Source: Verrucomicrobiales bacterium
GTDB lineage: Bacteria; Verrucomicrobiota; Verrucomicrobiia; Verrucomicrobiales; SLCJ01
Assembly (NCBI GenBank): GCA_046075565.1
Contig: JBJTQJ010000099.1
Span: forward strand, 1-29,545
Length of the DNA: 29,545 nucleotides
Direction of reading: 5' to 3'
The notes under the pieces were generated by a model that made no database searches, was not told where the DNA came from, and saw only the letters and a list, made by a program, of their open reading frames with translations. How positions within the stretch are numbered: the first letter of the stretch is position 1; the number at the start of each line of letters is the position of its first letter. Made by a program: the position numbers and the translations under genes. Shown here piece by piece: positions 17,834-26,909 of this stretch.

Positions 17834-19335
17834 CAGCGCACGCCTCCTTTCTCCTTGCGATCCCGATCGGCGAATCTCGCGACCTCGCGATCATCAAAAG
17901 GTGTCTTGACGCCCATGCTTTCCTGATAGGTCTCGTGGCCTTTGCCGGCTAACAAAACGATGTCATTTTCCCCGGCGAGAGCAAGGGCCAGATGAATGGC
18001 TTCCGCCCGGTCGGGCACGACCTTGTAATTGCGTCCGGTGATACCGGCTTCCATATCGCGCAGAATGGCGACGGGATCCTCGCTCCGCGGGTTGTCGGAA
18101 GTGAGGATACAGATGTTGCTCATTTCGCTGGCAATGCGCGCCATCATCGGGCGCTTCTCACGGTCGCGATCTCCACCGCATCCGACTACAGTGATGATCC
18201 GCGCGGGATTGATCCCGCGGAGGGTTTCGAGTGCATTCTCGATCGCATCGGGGGTGTGGCAATAATCGACGAAAACGCGGTAGGGGCGGTTCTCGACCAC
18301 ACTCTCCATCCGACCGGGGATCTGCGGGGCCTGGGCGAGATTCTGCACGGCCTCACGGAAGTTGAGATCAACTCCGTCGGCGGCGACCAGCGCGGCCACG
18401 GCATTGTAAACATTGAAGCGGCCGATGAGGGGAATCCGCACGAGGAATTCACGGCCTTTGGCCGTCAAGGTGAACTGCGTGCCGCGCAATCCGGCGTCCA
18501 GACGCAGGACGCGGAAATCAGCACGCGCGCCGAAACCATAGGTGCAAGTGCCGATGCGGCCCGCGAAATCACGCGCCATCCGCTGGCCGTGGATATCATC
18601 GATATTGATACCCATGAGGCCATCCTTGCCTCCCTGCTCCTTCTGGAGGGCGAGCATCATCGCAAGCCTCTGCTTCGCCTCGTAATACGACTCCATGGTG
18701 CCGTGGTAGTCGAGGTGATCACGGGATAAATTGGTGAAGATGCCCACATCAAAGCGGACATATTCCACCCGCTTCTGGGAGAGGCCGTGGGAAGAGACCT
18801 CCATGGCCACTCCTTTGCATCCGTTGTCGCGCATGGCGGCGAGCGCCGCGTGGATTTCGTGTGATTGTGGCGTGGTGCGTTCGACCGGAACACGCTTCAG
18901 ACCATCATCGAGGAGAACCGTTCCGATGAGTCCGGCCTGGTGCCAGGCCTCCGTCATCAGATGATGCACGAGGAAGGTGGTGGTGGTTTTTCCATTCGTT
19001 CCCGTCACGCCCACTACCTTGAGATTGTGGGATGGTTTGGCGTGCAGCACATCCGCGACCCGGGCAAGGGCGCGGGCCGCATCTTTCACCTGGATGATCG
19101 GGACATTGGCATCACCGGTCTCCGCAAGACCTTCGGCAATCACCATTACCGCACCGGCACGGATGGCCTCGGGAATGAATTCGCGCCCGTCGATTTTCGA
19201 ACCCGGCATGGCCACGAAAATTGCTCCAGGGCGCACGGCCCGCGAATCGCAGGTGACACGCGTGATGTCGGGATCCCCGAATCCGCGGACTTCGACGACC
19301 CCGTCGAGCTGGCTGATGAGAAAGGAGGAACGCAT
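17833..19335 (-). CDS. murE: UDP-MurNAc-dipeptide--meso-DAP ligase MurE
   Basis: GTNGKTTT, MEVSSH, DHLDYH, DYCHTPD, DNPR (meso-DAP-type motif), GKGHE. Start at 19335 avoids overlap with ftsI. Confidence 0.97.
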   Translation of the reverse strand: MRSSFLISQLDGVVEVRGFGDPDITRVTCDSRAVRPGAIFVAMPGSKIDGREFIPEAIRAGAVMVIAEGLAETGDANVPIIQVKDAARALARVADVLHAKPSHNLKVVGVTGTNGKTTTTFLVHHLMTEAWHQAGLIGTVLLDDGLKRVPVERTTPQSHEIHAALAAMRDNGCKGVAMEVSSHGLSQKRVEYVRFDVGIFTNLSRDHLDYHGTMESYYEAKQRLAMMLALQKEQGGKDGLMGINIDDIHGQRMARDFAGRIGTCTYGFGARADFRVLRLDAGLRGTQFTLTAKGREFLVRIPLIGRFNVYNAVAALVAADGVDLNFREAVQNLAQAPQIPGRMESVVENRPYRVFVDYCHTPDAIENALETLRGINPARIITVVGCGGDRDREKRPMMARIASEMSNICILTSDNPRSEDPVAILRDMEAGITGRNYKVVPDRAEAIHLALALAGENDIVLLAGKGHETYQESMGVKTPFDDREVARFADRDRKEKGGVR

Positions 19336-19343
19336 CGGGTGAA

Positions 19344-21194
19344 TCAGGGCTCGGAGGAAGCGGTCTCGGGTAAGGGGCGATCCGGTGGCACTGCCATTTG
19401 TTCCATGGCGCGGGTGGCGACGCGCGCGAAGATGGGTGCGGCCACGGTGCCGCCGGCAAGCTTGACATGGTTCGAGGTGGGCTCGGAACAAACCACTACC
19501 GCGACGAGGCGGGGTTGTTCGGCAGGCAGGAAGCCCGCGAAGCTAACAACCGGGCGTTCCTTATCGTAGTTCTTCAACTCAACACTCCACCGGTGTGCCG
19601 TACCTGTTTTCCCGGCCACGGTGTAACCCGGCACATCGGCGAGTTTGCCAGTCCCGTTGGCGTCCACGACCTCGCGCATGCCGACGAGAAGCTGGCGGCA
19701 AGCTTTCGCGGAGGCCACACGGTGTTTCTCCTCACGTTGGTTTTCCCAGAGTAGTTTGCCATCGTTGTCCCGCACCTCGCGCACGACACGCGGACGCAAG
19801 AGCACACCGCCATTGGCGATGGCACAATAGGCATTCGCCAGTTGCACCGGCGTCACGCTCACAGAGTAGCCATAGGAACAACGGGAGAAGTCCACGATAT
19901 TCCGCTCCTGTCGGACCAACCCCGCCACCTCGCCAGTCAGGCCCATTCCCGTGCGCTGGCCGAAGCCGAACCGGCGCACATACTCGTAATATCGATCCAT
20001 ACCCACCATGCGGGCGATTTTGAAGGTGCCGATATTGCTCGATTTCGCCAGAACCATCGCCACCGAAAGGTCGCCGTAATGGCCAACATCCCGTATCTGA
20101 ACCGGACCATCGCTGTAATTCCCATTGTGGCAGAAGATCGACGTCGAGGGTGTTACGACTCCCGCATCCAAGGCCGCCAGATGTGCCACAATCTTGAAGG
20201 TGGATCCCGGCTCATAAAGATCCGAGAAAGCGAAATTGCGCCGTTCTCCCTCGAGGCTGTTGGGATCAAACGCAGGATAGTTGGCCAGCGCGAGCACATC
20301 AGCGGTCATCGGATCCATGAGAACGATGGCCGCATGTTTATATCCGAATTCCTGAAATCCCGCCGCCAATTCCTCTTCTGCGATGCGCTGGAGACCGGCG
20401 TCGACGGTCAGATAAAGATTGGAACCGTGCTTGACCGGGACTTCGCTGGATCGGTAGGCGGGGACTTGGCGTCCGCGCCGATCCACCATGAGTTGCCGAT
20501 ACCCCGGTGTTCCATTGAGCCACGACTCCATGTTGGCTTCCACGCCTTCGCAGCCCCGGCCCGACTTGTCGACAAACCCGAGAATGTGGCAAAGGCTCTG
20601 GCCCATCGGATAGTAGCGGCGCATTCCTTCTTCAAAGTAGATTCCCTGCACACCCCGTTCGGCGAAGGCCTGGCGGAGGGTCTGGACTTCCGGAGAGTCC
20701 AGTTGTTCCGCGAGCACCACTTGACGCCGACGCCCGAAATCGAGCGCCTCGCGTGTCATCTCGATACCACCCGGCAGATAGTCCGCCAAAACCGTCGCCA
20801 CATATTCCAAATACTCCGCGCGGACCCGCTCCTCGTTCTTCTTGTCCATCTTGCCGTAGAGCCGACGGAGATCCGCCGGCTTCACTCCCCGAGCCCGTGC
20901 GAGTCCTTCGATAGCGACTTTTACATCTTCCAGATGATTGCGATCCGCCATCATGCTGAAGGACGGGCGATTGTGCACGAGTTGTTCGCCGTTGCGGTCG
21001 AAAATACAGCCGCGCCGGGCGGGCAGGACCTCACGCCGCGCATAATCCCCTTCCGCGCGCTCGAGCCACTTTTCGTGCTGGGCCACCTGCACGTTGAGCA
21101 GCCGCAAGGACACAAGCGTGAATCCCGTCACCACGCACATGGCGGCGACGATCAGTCGGAACCGGATTTTCGATTGCAAAGGCACTGGCTTCAT
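19344..21194 (-). CDS. ftsI: Division transpeptidase FtsI (class B PBP)
   Basis: N-terminal TM, RGCIFDRNG, RYYP, EPGSTFK (SxxK), SSN (SxN), KTGT. Confidence 0.94.
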   Translation of the reverse strand: MKPVPLQSKIRFRLIVAAMCVVTGFTLVSLRLLNVQVAQHEKWLERAEGDYARREVLPARRGCIFDRNGEQLVHNRPSFSMMADRNHLEDVKVAIEGLARARGVKPADLRRLYGKMDKKNEERVRAEYLEYVATVLADYLPGGIEMTREALDFGRRRQVVLAEQLDSPEVQTLRQAFAERGVQGIYFEEGMRRYYPMGQSLCHILGFVDKSGRGCEGVEANMESWLNGTPGYRQLMVDRRGRQVPAYRSSEVPVKHGSNLYLTVDAGLQRIAEEELAAGFQEFGYKHAAIVLMDPMTADVLALANYPAFDPNSLEGERRNFAFSDLYEPGSTFKIVAHLAALDAGVVTPSTSIFCHNGNYSDGPVQIRDVGHYGDLSVAMVLAKSSNIGTFKIARMVGMDRYYEYVRRFGFGQRTGMGLTGEVAGLVRQERNIVDFSRCSYGYSVSVTPVQLANAYCAIANGGVLLRPRVVREVRDNDGKLLWENQREEKHRVASAKACRQLLVGMREVVDANGTGKLADVPGYTVAGKTGTAHRWSVELKNYDKERPVVSFAGFLPAEQPRLVAVVVCSEPTSNHVKLAGGTVAAPIFARVATRAMEQMAVPPDRPLPETASSEP

Positions 21195-21556
21195 CGACGG
21201 GCGGGAACGGAAGTGGACCCCATGGCCATTCCTTCATTGCGAGATTTTGTTTCCGGCAGGTAAACCGGCGAACGGGCGGGAATCTTCACCAGCGAGGTCC
21301 CGCGGCTGCGAAGGCGCAGCTCCAGCGAGGCATTGGTAAGCATCGCACCTTGCTGCGCTTGCAAACTCACCAACGTTGTCTCGATGTCGGACATTTCCCG
21401 CTTCATCGCGTCCATGCGCTGGCGCGATTCATTCATGCGCTGCTTGACGACCACATGGACGCCGAAGACCGCAACCAACAATACCACCCAGATGACAAAG
21501 GGCAGCATCGCGCCCATGCCAGCGGCACGGCGGGAAAGATTTTTTTCACGTTTCAT
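21191..21556 (-). CDS. ftsL: Putative FtsL-like protein
   Basis: 121 aa with a basic N-terminus, one TM and a coiled coil. Sits in the canonical position between rsmH and ftsI. The assignment is positional. Confidence 0.6.
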   Translation of the reverse strand: MKREKNLSRRAAGMGAMLPFVIWVVLLVAVFGVHVVVKQRMNESRQRMDAMKREMSDIETTLVSLQAQQGAMLTNASLELRLRSRGTSLVKIPARSPVYLPETKSRNEGMAMGSTSVPARR

Positions 21557-21557
21557 A

Positions 21558-22574
21558 TCAGGAAGGGATGTCGGATAACTTCTCGGCCACCCGCAACTTG
21601 GCGCTCCGGGCTCTGGGGTTGCGCGCGATTTCCGCCGCCGATGCTTCGATCGGATGCCGGCTCAAATCGCGGTAACAAAATTCCGGGTTCGCACGCGGCT
21701 CCGGCCACTCCGGGCGATCCAAGGTCGCACGCGCTCTTTCCCGCACGTGGTTTTTGCAAAGTCTGTCCTCTAGAGAGTGGAAGCTGATCACCGCGAAACG
21801 TCCTCCCGGTCGCAGCCATGTCGGTACTGCGGCCAAGGCCGCCACCAGCGCCGCCAACTCGCCATTCACCGCCATGCGCAGGGCTTGGAAAACCCGCGTG
21901 CCCGGATGATGGCCACTCTTCCGCCCGAGGGCGGACTCGAGCACGTTGGCCAATTCCAAGGTGGTCTTAAGGGGTGCTTTGGCACGCGCCGCGACCAGCG
22001 CCCTCGCAGCCCGCCTCGCCTGCGGCTCTTCGCCGAAATCCCGGAAAATCCGGGCCAGTTCCTCTTCCGTGGCATGGTTGACCAACTCGGCGGCAGTGAT
22101 GCCATCGTCGCGGCCCATCCGCATGTCCAACGGTCCCTCGCGCAAGAACGAGAAGCCGCGCTCCGCCGTGTCCAACTGGTGGGAAGAAACCCCGAGGTCC
22201 AAGAGAATGCCATCAAATGGCCCGACACCGGCTTCCCGGCACAGTTCGGGAAAGCAGGAAAAATTCCCCTTCAAAGCGCGGAAATGGGTGCTGTAAGCAG
22301 CCAACCTCTTCCCAGCCGCCGCCAAAGCCTCGGGATCGCGATCTATTCCGACCACATCCGCGCCCTTGGCCAACAGGCGTTCGGAATGACCGCCACCACC
22401 CAAGGTCAGATCCAGAAAAATTTTTCCCGGCCCGGGCTGCAAAGAGTCCGTGACCTCGTCCGGCAGCACCGTCTCATGGCGAAACTCCACCCCCCCTCCC
22501 CCTCCGGAGATGAAGAAGCAAGGCCAGAGCGGCCACCACCGCCCCGTATGAATACCTTGGAACACCGATTTCAT
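21558..22574 (-). CDS. rsmH: 16S rRNA m4C1402 methyltransferase RsmH
   Basis: HETVL, DLTLGGGGHS, DLGVSSHQLD, RGFSF, LDMRM, FQALR, SFHSLEDR, NPRARSAKLR. Start is 22574 (ATG) or 22490 (GTG). Confidence 0.97.
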   Translation of the reverse strand: MKSVFQGIHTGRWWPLWPCFFISGGGGGVEFRHETVLPDEVTDSLQPGPGKIFLDLTLGGGGHSERLLAKGADVVGIDRDPEALAAAGKRLAAYSTHFRALKGNFSCFPELCREAGVGPFDGILLDLGVSSHQLDTAERGFSFLREGPLDMRMGRDDGITAAELVNHATEEELARIFRDFGEEPQARRAARALVAARAKAPLKTTLELANVLESALGRKSGHHPGTRVFQALRMAVNGELAALVAALAAVPTWLRPGGRFAVISFHSLEDRLCKNHVRERARATLDRPEWPEPRANPEFCYRDLSRHPIEASAAEIARNPRARSAKLRVAEKLSDIPS

Positions 22575-23029
22575 ACGATAACCTTGCCTTTCACCCTTTG
22601 GAATCCGGCCTTGGCTTGCGAAGCGCGCACGGCATGGCGGTCCGGCGACCGCACCTCGATGCGCGCGCCCAACCCAACCATCACAACCTTCTGCGAACCC
22701 CCGGTCAGTCCCAATCTGGCGACGTAGTCCGCCGGAAGCACCAATCGTCCCTGCGCATCCATCGGGCAGGGCTGCGAGGAATAAAGCTCCTCCCGGAATC
22801 TCAAGGCATCCTCGCGGGAGATCTCGGCCGTGTTTAAGGCCGCCTGCCCCATGCGCATCATTTCCTCGCGGTCCAGCAGCCAGATCACCCCGTCCTCATC
22901 ATCAAAATAGGCCATCAGGCCATCCATCCCCTCCTCCCGGAAAGCCGCCGGCACCGTGACACGATTCTTCGCATCCAAAACTGGATCGAATTTCCCGAAA
23001 AATCGGTCGTTAAATGGGTGAGATTCCAT
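22571..23029 (-). CDS. mraZ: Transcriptional regulator MraZ (divergent)
   Basis: Two DxxxR motifs (LDAKNRV, MDAQGRL) and VMVGLGARIEV. First gene of the dcw cluster. Start at 23029 keeps the repeat boxes intergenic. Confidence 0.85.
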   Translation of the reverse strand: MESHPFNDRFFGKFDPVLDAKNRVTVPAAFREEGMDGLMAYFDDEDGVIWLLDREEMMRMGQAALNTAEISREDALRFREELYSSQPCPMDAQGRLVLPADYVARLGLTGGSQKVVMVGLGARIEVRSPDRHAVRASQAKAGFQRVKGKVIV

Positions 23030-23058
23030 TGCCGGCGTGTCGAGCAGGGGGCCGATTT

Positions 23059-23113
23059 CACCATTTTTCCCCACTTTCCCCCACATTGAGCCATTTTCTA
23101 CCTTTTCCGTCAA
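23059..23113 (-). promoter_or_regulatory. dcw promoter region with 10-bp-periodic MraZ-type binding repeats
   Basis: Minus strand TTGACG GAAAAGG TAGAAAATGG CTCAATGTGG GGGAAAGTGG GGAAAAATGG TG: TGG/GTGG cores spaced exactly 10 bp apart, downstream of a -35-like TTGACG. Confidence 0.75.
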
Positions 23114-23195
23114 ACTTTTATTAGGCCAAAGGCAGATTTTTCGCAGAAATTTTGAGCCATTTCACCCCGGATGGGCGGATGCGGGGGGAACCGCC

Positions 23196-23224
23196 TTGCA
23201 CCCGGTGCTTTGCGTGGCCATAGT
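23196..23224 (+). promoter_or_regulatory. Putative sigma70 promoter for fbaA
   Basis: TTGCAC-17 bp-CATAGT, about 60 bp upstream of the ATG. Confidence 0.5.
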
Positions 23225-23286
23225 CCAGATCTCGGGCGACCCTTGAATTCCCGGTCTGGCCCGGCCAACCAAAGCCACTTCAAACC

Positions 23287-24318
23287 ATGCCTGTCGCCAC
23301 TCCGAAACAATACGCCGCCATGCTTGATGCCGCCCAGAAGGGTGGATATGCCTATCCCGCCATCAACGTCACCAGCCTCCCCACCCTGAACGGCGCCCTC
23401 AAGGCCTTCGCAGAATCAAAATCCGACGGGATTATCCAGGTTTCCACCGGTGGCGGCCAGTTCGCTTCCGGCACTGCCGTCAAAGATATGGCTCTCGGTT
23501 CGATCGTGCTCGCCGAAGCCTGCCATCGCCTCGCCGAACGCTACAACATCCTCGTCGGCCTCCATACCGACCACTGCCAGCCCGACAAGGTCGGGACATT
23601 CCTCATGCCGCTGATCGAAGAGACCCGCCGCCGCCGCGCTGCCGGACTCGGCAACCTCTTCAACTCCCACATGCTTGATGCTTCGTCCCTCCCCCTGAAG
23701 GAAAACCTCAAGCTCTCCCGCGAACTGCTTCAGATCTGCGCCGAAAACGAAATCATCCTCGAAGTCGAAGCCGGGGTCGTCGGTGGCGAAGAGGACGGCG
23801 TCGATCACGGTGACCAGCCTAACGAAAAGCTGTATACCACTCCGGAGGACATGCTGGAGGTTTACGAATCCCTCAAGGGCATCGGTCGTTACATGTTCGC
23901 CGCCACCTTCGGCAACGTGCATGGCGCTTACAAACCGGGCGCGGTCAAGCTTCGCCCCGACATTCTCAAACAAGGCCAGGATGCGGTGATGGCGAAATAC
24001 GGGAAAGAAGCGGAATTCGATCTCGTCTTCCACGGCGGCTCCGGTTCGTTGCTTGAAGAAATCCGCGAGACCCTTGATTACGGTGTCGTGAAGATGAATA
24101 TCGATACCGACACCCAATACGCCTTCACCCGCCCGATTGCCGAACACATGTTCAAGCATTACGACGGCGTGCTCAAAATCGACGGCGAGGTCGGCGACAA
24201 AAAACACTACGACCCGCGCTCCTACCTCAAGGCCGGGGAACAAGGTCTCTGCGTTCGCATGAAACAAGCGTGCGACGACCTGCTCTCCACCGGCAAGACC
24301 ATTTGCGGGACAGTTTGA
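23287..24318 (+). CDS. fbaA: Class II fructose-bisphosphate aldolase
   Basis: AYPAINV, LHTDHC, GGEEDG, FGNVHG, VFHGGSG, KMNIDTD, YDPR. Confidence 0.97.
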   Translation: MPVATPKQYAAMLDAAQKGGYAYPAINVTSLPTLNGALKAFAESKSDGIIQVSTGGGQFASGTAVKDMALGSIVLAEACHRLAERYNILVGLHTDHCQPDKVGTFLMPLIEETRRRRAAGLGNLFNSHMLDASSLPLKENLKLSRELLQICAENEIILEVEAGVVGGEEDGVDHGDQPNEKLYTTPEDMLEVYESLKGIGRYMFAATFGNVHGAYKPGAVKLRPDILKQGQDAVMAKYGKEAEFDLVFHGGSGSLLEEIRETLDYGVVKMNIDTDTQYAFTRPIAEHMFKHYDGVLKIDGEVGDKKHYDPRSYLKAGEQGLCVRMKQACDDLLSTGKTICGTV

Positions 24319-24347
24319 CCACCTTTGCGGTGGCTCATGCCTTTTGT

Positions 24348-24389
24348 TTCGCGCCCCTACCGGAAATCGGCAGGGGCGCGAATTTGTTT
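24348..24389 (+). terminator. Intrinsic terminator after fbaA
   Basis: TTCGCGCCCCT...AGGGGCGCGAA stem (24348-24382) followed by TTTGTTT. Confidence 0.75.
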
Positions 24390-24454
24390 ATGGCGAACGA
24401 ACATCCCAGGCATCGGCAATGCCTCATTTCGTTCTGGCGGCTGGATCCTGAATA

Positions 24455-24807
24455 GCATGGCGGGTCGGCGTCATGATCCGCGATACCCTGGCTACCAACT
24501 CGAAAAATATCTTCATGGGCATGAGCGGAACCAATACCTACCGCTGGACACGCCGCACCACTACCGGGGGCAACACCTCCACCACCAACAACAGCACCGG
24601 GACCGTGCCCAACACCTGGGTTCGCCTCGTGCGCAGCGGCACCACCATCACCGCATTCAAGAGCACCAACGGCACCACCTGGACCACCGTGGGCAGCACC
24701 ACCAGCACCACCTTCGCCTCCACCTGCTACATCGGCCTGCCGTGGGCAGCGGTAGCACCACCACCCTCAATACTTCCCAATTCAGCAATGTCAGCGTGAC
24801 CCCCTGA
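24455..24807 (+). pseudogene. Frameshifted C-terminal remnant of a ConA/LamG-like (DUF1349-type) beta-sandwich domain
   Basis: RVGVMIRDTL...WVRLVRSGTTITAFKSTNGTTWTTVG...YIGL continues in another frame as AVGSGSTTTLNTSQFSNVSVTP*. One base appears missing near 24739. No N-terminus. Confidence 0.75.
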
Positions 24808-24953
24808 GGCACGGTCCAAAGGGTTAGCGCAAATCGCGGCTCCGGCCGACAAAAGACATCGCCTGCTTGTCACCCCGCAAATCAAATATGCGTGGGTGAG
24901 TAAAGCTCAGTGCTCATCCTCATTTCGAGAGATGGTGTGACGGCCCTACCGTG

Positions 24954-26315
24954 TCACTGACCGATCGGTTCCACGTTGGTCAGCTTGACCACAACCGGGT
25001 TTGGCCAAAGGGAATTGTTGTAGATGCGCTGGGCGAGCATGATGTCGAGATGCACACCATCGGCATTCTGGACGAATTTGGGTGCGGCGTCGGCTTTGGG
25101 AGAATACTCCAGGATTTTCCCGTCATGGCCGAGCACGCTGATCTGCGTCTTGTCGGTGGCCTTGACCGATTTCAAGACGAAACTCTTGCGTTTTCCTCGC
25201 ATCCACTCCCCTTGACCGGTCAGATAGACATAGACGATCTTGGGATCATCCGCCGATCGGGTGAACCATAACGGGCCTTCGTTGGTTACATGCCAAGGCC
25301 TGACCCGGTAAATGGCCTCGTCGTTGATGAACATCCAGAGTCCCAGTTCGCGAATGATGCGCTCCTGTTCGAAAGGAACCACGCCCGAGGGCTCGGGGCC
25401 GACATTGAGCAAAAGGTTGCCGCCTTTGGCCCGCGTCTCGATCAACATGTTGATCAATTCGGTGCCCGATTTGTATTTTTCGTTGGTGGGTTTGAATTGC
25501 CATTGGGTGCCGAGGGTGAAGCACGCTTCCCACGGCTCGGGCAGCATCTTTTCCGGCAATTTCTGCTCCGGTGTCGCCATGGCCCCACGGGTCACCAGGG
25601 TATCCGGCTGGAGTTTCCATGCGAGATCACGAATGCCATTCGGCTCGCCGTCGATGAAGAGATAATCAACTGCGCCGTAGTTGGTATAGAGTTCCTCAAT
25701 CTGTGCGAGGTTGTGCTTCATCAGATCCGGATTCTTGGTCGGCAGGACCCGTTGGTCGCCGCCCGGCCTGTAACGAGAAATTGGAATCCCTTTTTGGTGT
25801 AACAACCAGAAATCATCCGGCGAAAAATAAAATCCGACTCCGAGTCCTGCCTCACGGAAAGCATCTGCGTATGTCTTGGTGATATCCTTCCCATAAGGCG
25901 TGTGCCCGATCGAGAAGTCCGTGGTCTTGGTGTGAAACATGCAGAAACCACTGTGGTGTTTGTTGGTGAAAACGGCGTATTTGAATCCACACAACTTCGC
26001 CAGTTCCGCCCACTCGACCGGATCGTATTTCCTCGGATTGAAGGATTTCGGCAGTTCCCCGAAAAATCGGCGGGCGTATTTCTCGTCCGCCCCGACCAGA
26101 CTGTGGCTGATCACCGAACCAATCTGGGAATCAATCGACCAATGGATGAACATGCCCAACGCCTGATCACGGAAGGCTTCCAGCTTTTCCGGTTTGTTGA
26201 GAATCTCCCCCCGCGCCGCCGCCTCGTCGTCGGCGTTCTGATCGGCAACGGCCTTCACGCGAGGCGCGGTGCCAAGGAGGAAAACGAATAATGCGAGAAG
26301 GGTGGTCATTTTCAT
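24954..26315 (-). CDS. Secreted GH29 alpha-L-fucosidase
   Basis: Signal peptide, GMFIHW, FNP, KHHSGF, GFYFS, LFIDG (nucleophile region), WEAC, GGNLLLNVGP, EAIY..RPW. Confidence 0.88.
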   Translation of the reverse strand: MKMTTLLALFVFLLGTAPRVKAVADQNADDEAAARGEILNKPEKLEAFRDQALGMFIHWSIDSQIGSVISHSLVGADEKYARRFFGELPKSFNPRKYDPVEWAELAKLCGFKYAVFTNKHHSGFCMFHTKTTDFSIGHTPYGKDITKTYADAFREAGLGVGFYFSPDDFWLLHQKGIPISRYRPGGDQRVLPTKNPDLMKHNLAQIEELYTNYGAVDYLFIDGEPNGIRDLAWKLQPDTLVTRGAMATPEQKLPEKMLPEPWEACFTLGTQWQFKPTNEKYKSGTELINMLIETRAKGGNLLLNVGPEPSGVVPFEQERIIRELGLWMFINDEAIYRVRPWHVTNEGPLWFTRSADDPKIVYVYLTGQGEWMRGKRKSFVLKSVKATDKTQISVLGHDGKILEYSPKADAAPKFVQNADGVHLDIMLAQRIYNNSLWPNPVVVKLTNVEPIGQ

Positions 26316-26521
26316 CTTATTTGACTTGGGGATGGAGTGCGGGGGCAAGGGAAACCCGGGATGATCTACGGAGAAAACCGGATGAATCTTCAGGGATTCA
26401 GCAGCAAGCGCCGTTGGTCTAGGGATACTTAGAAAAACGGTCTCTCTTTGTCGGTGAATCGCAACGGAAAACCTTAACCCATGAATGCAGGGGGTATTCC
26501 GCTTCCATCCCTAGGGCGAAG

Positions 26522-26874
26522 GCAAAGCGCAGCTACTGGCGGCACTCGGACACGCCGTAGTGCTTGCCGATCGCGACCTGTCCGTGTGTGGCACTTATCT
26601 CGCGGGGGCCAACGATGGGACCTTCTTCGCGCGAGTAAGGGAGTGGATCGGGGTTTCTAAGGGCCCGTTTCGCGACACGCGCTGCTTCATCAGCACCGGA
26701 GAAAAGGACAATCTCGTTTCCAAATCGCATGTGGGCTCTGTGGTCTCCAGCCTGCGCGCCGGAGGCGTTCGCGACATCCGGGAGGAGTGGTTCGAGGGCG
26801 ACCACGGTATGAATCGCGAGCATATCACCGAGGGTCTGCAGTGGTTCACGGAAAGTCTAACGAAGAAAAAATAA
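26522..26874 (+). pseudogene. C-terminal remnant of an alpha/beta-hydrolase-like (esterase) protein
   Basis: YLAGAND, FISTGEKDNLV (acid-residue loop) and WFEGDH (catalytic His region), ending GLQWF. The nucleophile elbow and N-terminus are absent. An AKRSYW stretch lies upstream in another frame. Confidence 0.5.
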
Positions 26875-26909
26875 CCGGGTGAACAGGCAGGGGCAAGCCG
26901 GCACTCGAT

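Noticed and set aside
19336-19491. N-terminal extension of MurE in the ORF track
   Set aside because: It overlaps the ftsI 3' end. ATG at 19335 gives a normal-length MurE.
3700-23000. Many long plus-strand ORFs (e.g. 4093-5313, 6517-7752, 8793-10265, 12548-14032, 19842-21263)
   Set aside because: Antisense shadows of well-supported dcw genes in high-GC DNA, with no recognisable motifs.
23030-23113. N-terminal extension of MraZ
   Set aside because: It is the translated promoter and repeat-box region, and its TTG is the -35-like hexamer.
24550-24770. ACC/CAC-rich stretch as a tandem repeat or CRISPR array
   Set aside because: Explained by Thr-rich coding. No constant repeat-spacer structure.
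24325-24807. His/Gln-rich 160-aa ORF as a metal-binding protein
   Set aside because: The His runs are the off-frame reading of ACC (Thr) codons in the beta-sandwich remnant.
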